A stretch of DNA of 64,000 nucleotides, from the IMG/VR virus record IMGVR_UViG_3300044615_001997; one strand, given 5' to 3'. Below are positions 8,811-17,623 of this stretch, in pieces. Source of the DNA: a virus. Numbering within the stretch: position 1 is the stretch's first letter; each line of letters begins with the position of its first letter. The position numbers and the translations under genes were made by a program. The notes below the pieces were generated by a model that saw nothing but the letters and a program-made list of their open reading frames with translations, was not told where the DNA came from and ran no database searches.

Positions 8811-10874
8811 ATGAATATATCTACCAAAAAATTCAATTCCTTTGTAGACGAGTATAGTAAAGTTAAAAAATTCGTTACCGAAGGCAATGTAGTGATACGC
8901 GAAGATTGGAGCAAGCGTAATTACAACAAGCCAAACAACAACGAAGATGAAGTATATTCTATACACTACGAGAACTTAAAATTTAAAAATCTATCTAACG
9001 CACATAAATTTACTCAAGTTAGCAGAATCAATGGAAACCCAAAAATACTAACCGTAGAAAATAAAAAAGATCCTAACTCTCCAGAAGTTAAGATAAAAGA
9101 GTCTATCGCTGGCAATCTCTCAGCGGGGTCGTTACTGATGGTTACTACTGCAACCGCACAAAATTTAGCCAAAGATTATAAATCTATGCGGTTTATTCCC
9201 AAAACTGATCTAGATAATAAGCTCAAGTTTCCAAAAATTATTTCAAAGCCACCGTACGAGATAATGGAGGGAAATAACACCTATCGTGTGCTTTGTCGTT
9301 CTGGTTACGGTATTTATTTTATCGGTTGCGACACTGACGACATTTATGATTACCTCGATGAAGGATTCTTCATTTTAGGTATAACCGGAGTAACGCCTTC
9401 AGGTAAAAAGAATCGACACATGGTTGTAACGAACCAGTTGGATATCAATACCATGCATATTTTTATCCTGTGCCAGTTCCAGCCGAAGTTTTGTGAAATG
9501 TTACATAAAGGATGTTTTGTCCACACTAATGATGCACAAATGATGCGTCTTAAAATGGAAAAGAAACTTCCGGAAAAATACAAAACTAAGTACGAGCATG
9601 CCCGTGAAGCCATTGAGAAAGACTATCAAAACAACACCTCACTGATTCTTATTAATAACCTAAATAATAAAGAAATCGCCAAGGTGGCATTGAATGATAT
9701 CGAGCTCACCAGTAACTCGGCCTCTTACGACAGAATCAAAATAGAGGCAGACGACCTCCTGAATGTAATCTATTCAAAGGTTAACTTTGGTGGCGAGTTT
9801 GATATTTATTCTGTGGTAGAAACTTATGCCGACCACATTCAAGAAAAAGTGGACGGAGCTCAATTGCCTGAAGAAGGGCAATTTAGAACTCTACCTACCA
9901 TAAAGATCAATGGTTTTAACATTAATATAACCACATCACATACCGGTGTACGTAGAATTAATGGAAAGCGTATCAATAAAGCAGAAATTAAGGATGCCGT
10001 CTACCGAGCTAGTTGTCATCATACTCAAGAAGATTACGACTTATTCTTAAATCGTATCTCGAGAATGAGCTTATTGTGGCACGATATTCTGGCAAATGGC
10101 TTACCTGTTAAAATTCACGACAACATGACGTGGGATGAGTATAGGGAGCCAGAACCATCTGCCGCCGCTCCGGCAATTAAGTTCTTTATCGATAAAGAAG
10201 ATCGTTGCATCAAGATTAAAACCGAGGATCCTAAAGGTTGCCGTGTTCGTTTAGGGCAACTAATTAAGAAAATCGATACAATCAATCGTAAAACAAATAA
10301 TCGCTGGACGCGTGGTGGTATGGAGAGCCGTAACAGTAGGTGGGCCAGAAAAGAGCTAGCTAAAGCCTTGAAAGAGGCCACCACGTTTGATGTTAAAACC
10401 AAGCGGGAAGACGGAACTGTAGAGACTCGTTCTGTTACAGGTATAACTGCAGCAGACATCACAAAGCTGATTCAAATAGCAGATGAATACAAGAAGGCAG
10501 CTATCGAGAGAAGCAAAAACTTCCTCGCTACAGCTGTTCAATTCACGGGTGCAAAAGAAATTGAATTTATGGGTAAGCAAGCCTATAAAGTTGATGGAAC
10601 GTTGCGTTCGTATGCTGTAGTTATAGAAACTGCCAAGGTGTATGACTATCAGACAAAACAGTATCGTTGTATCGTAAACGACAACCATTTCCGTGGTGCA
10701 GGTTACGACGACATTGCCGCTAGACTATATGCACTGAAGAATGACTCAGTTATGCAGAAAGTGATTGGAACATTGAAGGGTGCCGCTCAGCCAGGAGCTG
10801 AGAATGCACACAATGACTATGTTCCTGACCGTGCAGTAGATGACGCCGTTCTAGAAGGATTAAATCTAGATTAA
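8811..10874 (+). CDS. Large hypothetical protein (687 aa) between the Ubl and JAB/E1 genes
   Basis: Long ORF with likely ATG start at 8811; C-terminal segment VDGTLRSY...YRCIV...ARLYALKND. Confidence 0.8.
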   Translation: MNISTKKFNSFVDEYSKVKKFVTEGNVVIREDWSKRNYNKPNNNEDEVYSIHYENLKFKNLSNAHKFTQVSRINGNPKILTVENKKDPNSPEVKIKESIAGNLSAGSLLMVTTATAQNLAKDYKSMRFIPKTDLDNKLKFPKIISKPPYEIMEGNNTYRVLCRSGYGIYFIGCDTDDIYDYLDEGFFILGITGVTPSGKKNRHMVVTNQLDINTMHIFILCQFQPKFCEMLHKGCFVHTNDAQMMRLKMEKKLPEKYKTKYEHAREAIEKDYQNNTSLILINNLNNKEIAKVALNDIELTSNSASYDRIKIEADDLLNVIYSKVNFGGEFDIYSVVETYADHIQEKVDGAQLPEEGQFRTLPTIKINGFNINITTSHTGVRRINGKRINKAEIKDAVYRASCHHTQEDYDLFLNRISRMSLLWHDILANGLPVKIHDNMTWDEYREPEPSAAAPAIKFFIDKEDRCIKIKTEDPKGCRVRLGQLIKKIDTINRKTNNRWTRGGMESRNSRWARKELAKALKEATTFDVKTKREDGTVETRSVTGITAADITKLIQIADEYKKAAIERSKNFLATAVQFTGAKEIEFMGKQAYKVDGTLRSYAVVIETAKVYDYQTKQYRCIVNDNHFRGAGYDDIAARLYALKNDSVMQKVIGTLKGAAQPGAENAHNDYVPDRAVDDAVLEGLNLD

Positions 10875-10878
10875 CTTA

Positions 10879-10913
10879 TAGAGCCCCTGTAGGCAAATCC
10901 TACAGGGGCTCTA
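10879..10913 (+). terminator. Perfect 15-bp hairpin (terminator or RNA-processing site)
   Basis: TAGAGCCCCTGTAGG-CAAAT-CCTACAGGGGCTCTA with no clear U-tract. Confidence 0.6.
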
Positions 10914-10939
10914 ATACATAAACTTAAACAAATAATTAA

Positions 10940-11590
10940 ATGAAAACATATATTATAGACATTGAAACTGCTCCATTACCTCAAAACCAAATAGAGGCAT
11001 TTCAGCCAGAATTTAAAGCCGATACTCGTTTGAAAGACCCTATAAAAATAGCGGAAGATATTAAAAATAAAAAAGAAAAGTTTATAGCTAACGCTGCTTT
11101 AAATCCTCTTACTTCGTATATTTGTGCTTTGGGTGTTTGGGAAACTTCTCAAAAAGAACCTGAGTTATATATCTCTAATAGCGAAAAAAATATCATTGAA
11201 GCATTTTTAGAGTTAATCAAAGAAGAAAATTTAACCAGAACAAGAATAGTGACATTTAATGGAATGAACTTCGATATTCCGTTTTTATGTCGAAGAGGTT
11301 TACTCTATGGTCACGATATATTCCCAACATTCTATAGAATAGATGGATGCTTTAAAATTTTAGATAAAGCTCCGGTATTTATAGACTTGGCTGCTATATG
11401 GGATTGCCGTAGAAAAGACTATATTAGTTTGAATGACTTAGCTATCTATATGGGGGTAGGTAAAAAAAATAAGAATGAAGATCTTTTTTATCAATTGCTA
11501 GAAAAAAATAAAGATGTCGCTAAGGATTATTTAATTAATGATTTAAAATTAACTAAAGATATAGCAGAAAAATGGGGATTAATTAAATGA
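10940..11590 (+). CDS. DEDDy 3'-5' exonuclease (PolB-exo-like, standalone)
   Basis: IIDIET, TFNGMNFDIPFL, FIDL, YLIND. Confidence 0.85.
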   Translation: MKTYIIDIETAPLPQNQIEAFQPEFKADTRLKDPIKIAEDIKNKKEKFIANAALNPLTSYICALGVWETSQKEPELYISNSEKNIIEAFLELIKEENLTRTRIVTFNGMNFDIPFLCRRGLLYGHDIFPTFYRIDGCFKILDKAPVFIDLAAIWDCRRKDYISLNDLAIYMGVGKKNKNEDLFYQLLEKNKDVAKDYLINDLKLTKDIAEKWGLIK

Positions 11591-12048
11591 GATTAATAGA
11601 AAAAATAAATAAGGGGTTAGCTAGAGCTGTAGCTACGGCTACAGTGGAATGCGGTGACTCTAAAGAAGAAGAAGGAGGGATTATTCTCACTAATAATCAA
11701 TCTTCAGGAGCTAGAGATTATAAATTTATAAAAGTTATAAACGACCGACGTGGAACACTCTCTGCTCGAGGACTATATGTGGCAAACCCTGAAGATTTTG
11801 GAAAGCATGTATTTCCATCAATTTCTGAAGGTTGGAATATGTATGCAAGTTTTCATACTCATCCCACCTTTTCAGCTACACCTAGTTCTCTAGACGAAGA
11901 TAAATTATTCAGAGGATTTAAATATAATTTTATATTTTCTAACTCTGAAAGGACTGTATCGTGTTCGGAGTGGTCTCCGCAAAACGATTTGCATACTGTG
12001 TATTTAAACATTATAACCTTACTATACTTAGCTAATGAGCAAGATTAA
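11587..12048 (+). CDS. JAB/MPN+ (JAMM) metallo-isopeptidase
   Basis: EEEGGIIL, then exact HxH-x7-S-x2-D motif HTHPTFSATPSSLD. Confidence 0.85.
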   Translation: MRLIEKINKGLARAVATATVECGDSKEEEGGIILTNNQSSGARDYKFIKVINDRRGTLSARGLYVANPEDFGKHVFPSISEGWNMYASFHTHPTFSATPSSLDEDKLFRGFKYNFIFSNSERTVSCSEWSPQNDLHTVYLNIITLLYLANEQD

Positions 12049-12631
12049 AAAAATTGGTATTGCCGGTGCCGGTGGCATTGGATCAAATTTACTGGCTATA
12101 TTATTTGATTACGGTTTTAATCGTAAGCAATTTGACTATTCTTCTGTGGATGTTGATATATACGATGATGATGTGGTAGATCTAAAAAATCTACTACATC
12201 AAAACTTCAAGATGGAAGATATCAGCAAGTACAAAGTAAAAGTTCTTGAAGATAAATACGTTGTGAAGGGCATCACTAAATTCATGGATGAAAAAGACTT
12301 TAAGAAATATGACGTTATTTTCAGCTGTGTAGACAGTATGGAATTTAGACGTAAGCTCTATAACTATGGCTTTGAAAATAAAACCAAGCCGTTTTGGATT
12401 GATGGTCGTTGCACTAGTCGTCAAGGGGCTATCTTCAACTCTGATGTTGCTGAAACTGAACTAAAAAAATATATTACCGAAGACGATATTCGTGGAGGCT
12501 GCCTCCTAAATTACGAGAAAGAACAAAACATAAGCCATACTATCCCGCTTGTAGTGGCAGGAATGATGGTACAAACATTCTTGAATTTCTTGCGTGGTGA
12601 AAAGACCGACAAGAAATTATTTATGGTGTGA
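12035..12631 (+). CDS. ThiF/MoeB/E1-like adenylyltransferase
   Basis: IGIAGAGGIGS, YDDDVVDLKNLLHQ, KYKV, SCVDSMEFRR, WIDGR, candidate catalytic Cys in GGCL. Confidence 0.9.
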   Translation: MSKIKKIGIAGAGGIGSNLLAILFDYGFNRKQFDYSSVDVDIYDDDVVDLKNLLHQNFKMEDISKYKVKVLEDKYVVKGITKFMDEKDFKKYDVIFSCVDSMEFRRKLYNYGFENKTKPFWIDGRCTSRQGAIFNSDVAETELKKYITEDDIRGGCLLNYEKEQNISHTIPLVVAGMMVQTFLNFLRGEKTDKKLFMV

Positions 12632-12936
12632 TGATTGCTTATAAATTACTCAAAAAAAGAAAAAATGGAACCATAGGTTCCCTGTTTATAAACAAGAGAG
12701 CTGTTTTGGAAACTGGTAAATGGTTGGTGGCTGAAGACCATAAAACAAATGGCTTCTCCCACCGACCAGGATGGCACTGTACAGTTGCTGCTAAGGCACC
12801 TCACTTAAAAGAAGAAGGACGTGTGTGGTATAAGGTAGAAGTATCTGGTTATCGCACCTTCAATCGCCCCAAGAGTCAGGGAGGAAAATGGCTCATTGCA
12901 AATAAATTAAGAATATTAACACCATTAGAAAATTAA
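12628..12936 (+). CDS. Hypothetical phage protein (102 aa)
   Basis: AYKL...SLFIN...W...RPGWH...SQGGKW; coupled to the E1 gene. Confidence 0.75.
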   Translation: MMIAYKLLKKRKNGTIGSLFINKRAVLETGKWLVAEDHKTNGFSHRPGWHCTVAAKAPHLKEEGRVWYKVEVSGYRTFNRPKSQGGKWLIANKLRILTPLEN

Positions 12937-12937
12937 T

Positions 12938-13681
12938 ATGGGATACACACATTACTGGGAAACTTTAAGAAGTTTTACCGACGAAGAATGGGACAGTTTA
13001 ACAAAAGAAGCCAACCGTATTATAGGGTTGGCTAAAAGTTTAAATATATCATTAGGAGATGCTCTTGGTGATTTTGAGCCTGTAGTGACTAAGAAAAGAA
13101 TAGCCTTAAATGGCTATGGTAACGCAGGATGCGAGTCCTTTATTTTAATGAAAAATAAAAGAGAAGCTGCAGACTGGGAAAGAAAACGTGAAAACGACGC
13201 AGTTTTTGATTTCTGCAAAACTCGTCAATTACCGTATGATGCTGTGGTAGTTTCTATATTATTTGCAGCCAATAAAATAGCTCCGGACGCACTACGTCCA
13301 AGTAGCGATGGTGGTGATATATTTGAATCTGCTATAGACATAATGGCAGCTAAAATGTTGAGCGCTGCACCGGTAGAAAAAAATTATCACGAAACAAATT
13401 GCGAGATTGTGGAAAAAAAGATGCGTGAGACGCTTGACAATATCTGCAATCAACTCGATATTAACTTCATGAAGTTTGGTGTTTCAGAAGACTTACACAA
13501 AGCAATATTGTTAAGATTTAATGATATTTATGAACGTGTAGATTCTTTAACAAGTCTCTTCAAAACATATGACTCGTTTTTCGAGGTGGCCGATGCGCTG
13601 AATACTGAAATTAAAAAAGAATACAAATTATTCAAAAATCTAAATGAACTTACTTTAATAACACAATATGCCAATAATTAA
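12938..13681 (+). CDS. Conserved phage protein (MGYTHYW type) with helical C-terminal extension
   Basis: MGYTHYW...ESF...FCKT..LPYD...SSDG pattern. Confidence 0.7.
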   Translation: MGYTHYWETLRSFTDEEWDSLTKEANRIIGLAKSLNISLGDALGDFEPVVTKKRIALNGYGNAGCESFILMKNKREAADWERKRENDAVFDFCKTRQLPYDAVVVSILFAANKIAPDALRPSSDGGDIFESAIDIMAAKMLSAAPVEKNYHETNCEIVEKKMRETLDNICNQLDINFMKFGVSEDLHKAILLRFNDIYERVDSLTSLFKTYDSFFEVADALNTEIKKEYKLFKNLNELTLITQYANN

Positions 13682-14744
13682 ACCTAGCCTTAAATTCGAG
13701 GGTGCTGAAACAGGTACTACTCAAAATACAACACCATATCTACGTGAAGATGTACGCAAAGTTATCTTTAATAAAAATAACAATCAAAACGGAGTTTATC
13801 TATACTTTCTCCCACCTTATCGAGCGGATAGCTTGGGTAATGGTGTATGGTACAAAAGCATAGAAATACGCGACAATTTTGGCGATAAGTACAAAGAAAA
13901 ATATCTGGTTGTCTCTCGTGAAAATGATCCTGCCGAATATTTTGGAAGAAATTTTAAATTACTCTATCCAGAAGAATCCAAACCAGGCACAATTGTAAAT
14001 AACGGAAAAACATTCAAGAAATATCCGAATTACGGCCGTGTCACTAAGCGTGTGCTTTTCAATGTGGCATATGCTAACAAGCTCGAAGCAGGCCCACATA
14101 TCTTGGACCTGCCTCTAGCTAACGGTGCCAGCCAGCTATTTGACTGGCTAAGCAAGACCGATATTGCTGGTAACCCTCGTCCACTGGTAAATAATCCAGA
14201 GGCAGCGTTCCCAGTATTTCTTCAATTAAAAGATTCTGGTACAAATCCTTGGCAATTGAATGTGGAAGCTAGCCAACCAGCTATACTTCCTGAGGCAATC
14301 GCCACATCAGATAATCTCTACAACTTAGATGAGATTCTAGTGATTCGTTCCAAAGAAGAAATTATCGGAAAACTCCGTGAAATGTATCCTCAACATGTAT
14401 TCGATGACTGCATGAACGGATATCCTGGGTTAAAAACAGCTAAATCTGCTGGTTTTGGTCCTGGGCCTGTTCAGCCGCAATTCTCTGCCGCAACTGTTAG
14501 TCAGTCTAATACTCCTACATTTTCCGCAGCTACGCCCGTAGCGAAACCAGTTCCAGCAGGAAATATTAATCTTCCTATTCCTGGCACTGCTCCTGGCGTT
14601 GTTCAGGCAGATGTACCGGTTAAAACTTCACTACCTAGCGTTACAACCACAGCACCAATAGACCCTTCGGAACTTCCTCCGAATCCTATGGCTGCTATGT
14701 CGTCCATGACACGCGAACAAGCTGAGAAGTTCTTGGCATCCTAA
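13668..14744 (+). CDS. Probable single-stranded DNA-binding protein (gp32-like)
   Basis: YFLPP, DPA, R.LFNV, ILDLP pattern with a Pro/Ala-rich tail; lies directly before RecA. Confidence 0.55.
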   Translation: MPIIKPSLKFEGAETGTTQNTTPYLREDVRKVIFNKNNNQNGVYLYFLPPYRADSLGNGVWYKSIEIRDNFGDKYKEKYLVVSRENDPAEYFGRNFKLLYPEESKPGTIVNNGKTFKKYPNYGRVTKRVLFNVAYANKLEAGPHILDLPLANGASQLFDWLSKTDIAGNPRPLVNNPEAAFPVFLQLKDSGTNPWQLNVEASQPAILPEAIATSDNLYNLDEILVIRSKEEIIGKLREMYPQHVFDDCMNGYPGLKTAKSAGFGPGPVQPQFSAATVSQSNTPTFSAATPVAKPVPAGNINLPIPGTAPGVVQADVPVKTSLPSVTTTAPIDPSELPPNPMAAMSSMTREQAEKFLAS

Positions 14745-14748
14745 TCCT

Positions 14749-15942
14749 ATGGATTTTGACGCTTATTTAAACAGTATCAAGAAGGACTTTAATAAAGCCT
14801 TCAAAGGTTCTGAGGCATCTCTAGAATTAAACTCTGTAGACAAGGAACTTCCTCCTACAGGTATTACTCTAGATAATCCGCTCTTGGAATATGCATTTGA
14901 CCGTAGGTTCATAGCCTACGGTAGGTGCTACCTAATCTATGGTAAAAAGGGTTGTTCAAAAACCACATTGCTGTTTGAATTGGGCAAAATCTTCCAGAGA
15001 GCCGGAGGCAAGATGATCTGGGTGGAGACGGAGAATGCTCCTGACTTTGACTATATGAAACGTCAAGGACTGGACCCTGCTAACGTCATTTATCATAATC
15101 CCAAATCTTTGGAAGAAGCTCTAACACTGATCAAAACCATGATCGAGAATATACCCAAACACGATCCTGAAGGTAAAACACCTATCATGATTGCCTTGGA
15201 CTCGATCGCTGGGGCGGCTTCAGAGTATGAGCGCGACCAAGACATTATCGGCCAAACCAAAGTCGGTGAGCACGCTAAACTTATGAGTGGGTTTTATCGC
15301 CATATCATTCCATACTTAGAATCCGAAAGAGCTATTCTGGTTGTAACAAATCAACTAAAAGAACAAATCGGAGGCATGATGGGCTTTGGAACTGAAAAAC
15401 CCGAAGCTCTGATCGGCGGAGAAGCTCAAAAGTTCAACTCTACATATCAATTCAAAGTAGCCAGAATCACTGACCTACTTGAAGAAGATCATATGGGAGT
15501 TAAGCGTAAATGTGGATCAACGCACTCCCTCACTGTGAAGCGTAACAAGCTGGGCCGTGAGGGTAATAGTCAAAAAATCACCTTTGATATCTATATTAAT
15601 GGTGGTATTGATTGGTATTCTCCGTTGGTAAAACATTTAGGTGAAAGCTATACTGCTATAGTCGGAAAGACTGGTGGATGGTACACATGGAAAACACCTG
15701 ACTGTAAAGCCACAATCTTGATTGATGGTGAACCAACAGAAGTCGATATCGATACTTCTAAAAAGTATAGAGACAAAGAATTAGGATTCTTGATTGCAAA
15801 TAGCCAAGACGCTAAAGAAGTCTGCCGTAAAGCCTTCGGTATACCTGATATGCCGGATGCTCAAACCACCCAAGCTATTGAAGCCAAGAACAAGAGTAGG
15901 AGAAAGAAAAAATCAGACCTAGAATCGGATCTTGAAGAATAA
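14749..15942 (+). CDS. RecA/UvsX-like recombinase
   Basis: PTGI..LD, GR..LIYGKKGCSKTT, WVETE, ALDSIAG, VTNQLKE, GGEAQKF, KRNK. Confidence 0.9.
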   Translation: MDFDAYLNSIKKDFNKAFKGSEASLELNSVDKELPPTGITLDNPLLEYAFDRRFIAYGRCYLIYGKKGCSKTTLLFELGKIFQRAGGKMIWVETENAPDFDYMKRQGLDPANVIYHNPKSLEEALTLIKTMIENIPKHDPEGKTPIMIALDSIAGAASEYERDQDIIGQTKVGEHAKLMSGFYRHIIPYLESERAILVVTNQLKEQIGGMMGFGTEKPEALIGGEAQKFNSTYQFKVARITDLLEEDHMGVKRKCGSTHSLTVKRNKLGREGNSQKITFDIYINGGIDWYSPLVKHLGESYTAIVGKTGGWYTWKTPDCKATILIDGEPTEVDIDTSKKYRDKELGFLIANSQDAKEVCRKAFGIPDMPDAQTTQAIEAKNKSRRKKKSDLESDLEE

Positions 15943-16133
15943 TGACTGACTATATGCAAAAACTGGCCGATGTAGCCCAGCTAATCAAAAAAATGGATTT
16001 GCCGGAATACAGAAAATCAGTTAAACATAACACAGACTTAAGATGGTTGAAAAATAACTTACATGTAAAAAATGGTAAGCACAAAAACTATCAAAAAGTC
16101 ATAGACATTATAGATACACTAAGTGTAGGTTAA
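15942..16133 (+). CDS. Hypothetical protein (63 aa)
   Basis: Coupled small ORF. Confidence 0.65.
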   Translation: MTDYMQKLADVAQLIKKMDLPEYRKSVKHNTDLRWLKNNLHVKNGKHKNYQKVIDIIDTLSVG

Positions 16134-16143
16134 TATTATTACA

Positions 16144-16169
16144 GGGGCGGAGCAATAGGGCTCCGCCCC
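16144..16169 (+). terminator. GC-rich hairpin
   Basis: GGGGCGGAGC-AATAGG-GCTCCGCCCC. Confidence 0.55.
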
Positions 16170-16184
16170 ATAGAACTAAATTTT

Positions 16185-16685
16185 ATGATATATGTAGGAG
16201 TAGACAACGGAACATCTTCAAATGGTATAGGTGTAGTTTCAGACAGCGGTAAAAGCTGGCTGTTTAAAACACCTATTAAAAAAGAATTGAGCTACACAAA
16301 AGTAGCCAAGAAAATATCTCGCATCGATTTTCCAAAGATGCTGGAGACATTTGAAGAAATACAGGACTTGGCAATGGACGAAGAGATGATTGTGGGTCTT
16401 GAACGACCTATGGTGAATCCTGGAAGGTTCTTTGCTTCTATGAGTGCCATGAGAGCCTTGGAGTCTACGTTGATAGTCCTGGAGTTGAACAGTATTCCAT
16501 ACATATATCTCGATAGTAAAGAATGGCAGCATGTCCTGCTACCAAAAGATTTAAAGAAAGATGACCTTAAAAAAGCCAGCTTAGATATCGGCAAAAGACT
16601 ATTTCCTAAGCTCACTTTTAAGGGTGACGCAGACGGAATACTCATTGCTGAATATCTGAGAAGGAAAAATAACAAAAAGTTATAA
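16185..16685 (+). CDS. RuvC-like Holliday junction resolvase
   Basis: YVGVDNG, VGLE, SKEWQ, DADGILIAEY. Confidence 0.8.
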   Translation: MIYVGVDNGTSSNGIGVVSDSGKSWLFKTPIKKELSYTKVAKKISRIDFPKMLETFEEIQDLAMDEEMIVGLERPMVNPGRFFASMSAMRALESTLIVLELNSIPYIYLDSKEWQHVLLPKDLKKDDLKKASLDIGKRLFPKLTFKGDADGILIAEYLRRKNNKKL

Positions 16686-16837
16686 TGGATAACACAGAAG
16701 AAGCAGATTTGCAGTATAAAAAAGAAATACAGAATGTATTAAATTATTTTGTAAAAGAGGGGATGGCTAAGGAAATTTCTCCAGGAGAATATGTCCTAAC
16801 TGAGGAAGGTAAAAAAGTATCGGCAATTTCTCTATGA
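16685..16837 (+). CDS. Small winged-helix-like protein (50 aa; not in the ORF track)
   Basis: MDNTEEADLQYKKEIQNVLNYFVKEGMAKEISPGEYVLTEEGKKVSAISL; coupled to genes on both sides. Confidence 0.6.
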   Translation: MDNTEEADLQYKKEIQNVLNYFVKEGMAKEISPGEYVLTEEGKKVSAISL

Positions 16838-17586
16838 GTTCATCTAGCCTACTACAACTTGATTTTATAGGAAATTATATAAACCATGGAGATCAGACAG
16901 AGTTATTCAACGAAAGTCTAGAACCTAACCGCAGAATTAGAAATCCACAATACAGTACAGTAGAAAAGTTTTTCAATGGATTATCCCGAGACAAAATTGA
17001 TAGATACTGTGAATATTGGGATAGTATAAAACCCAGGACAGCATCAGAGATATTCCGACGTTGGCTATTCGCCTTCATGTCGGTACACACAAGCTGGAAA
17101 TCTAATGTCGAAGGTTACAACGCCATCAAAGATTGGTGGGAATGGTGCGGAAATTATAAAGCTTTATTAAAAGCAATCGATGGGAGCCGTGTGGGAATGC
17201 AGAATAATCGTGCACGTTATATATCACAATTTGCACAGGAGTTCTGGAAAAACGGCGAGTTTTATGAAAAAGGCGACAGTGAGACTTGGACAGAGTATCG
17301 CAACCGCCTGGAAGAGAAAACATTGGGTCTTGGTCCTGCCAAAACCAGTTTCTCTCTCGAGATGTGCTTTCCTACAGAAGCACATGTAACTTGTCTCGAT
17401 ACTCACCTATTTCAGGTTTACGGACTGGATCAATCTCGTGATCTCAGACGTTATGAGGAAATCGAGGCACACTGGCTCGACATGAGCCGCATGTGGAATG
17501 TCCCTGCCTACGTAGCCCGATGTATCTATTGGGACGAAAAGCAACGTAAAGAGGATAGCCGCTACTGGTCATACGTATTGGAATGA
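16834..17586 (+). CDS. HhH-superfamily DNA glycosylase/AP lyase (OGG/EndoIII-like)
   Basis: HhH motif LGLGPAKTSF with the catalytic-position Lys, and CLDTHL with the catalytic-position Asp. Confidence 0.7.
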   Translation: MSSSSLLQLDFIGNYINHGDQTELFNESLEPNRRIRNPQYSTVEKFFNGLSRDKIDRYCEYWDSIKPRTASEIFRRWLFAFMSVHTSWKSNVEGYNAIKDWWEWCGNYKALLKAIDGSRVGMQNNRARYISQFAQEFWKNGEFYEKGDSETWTEYRNRLEEKTLGLGPAKTSFSLEMCFPTEAHVTCLDTHLFQVYGLDQSRDLRRYEEIEAHWLDMSRMWNVPAYVARCIYWDEKQRKEDSRYWSYVLE

Positions 17587-17623
17587 CCTAGGACGAACCA
17601 AGGTTCGGCAACACAAATTTTCT

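Noticed and set aside
8480-12631. Ordinary thiamine/molybdopterin genes or a lambda-type tail Ubl/JAB pair
   Set aside because: No thiG, moaE or moaA in the window, the E1 lacks the ThiF/MoeB Zn motifs, the JAB has no NlpC domain, and the genes lie in the replication block. Partners outside the window cannot be excluded.
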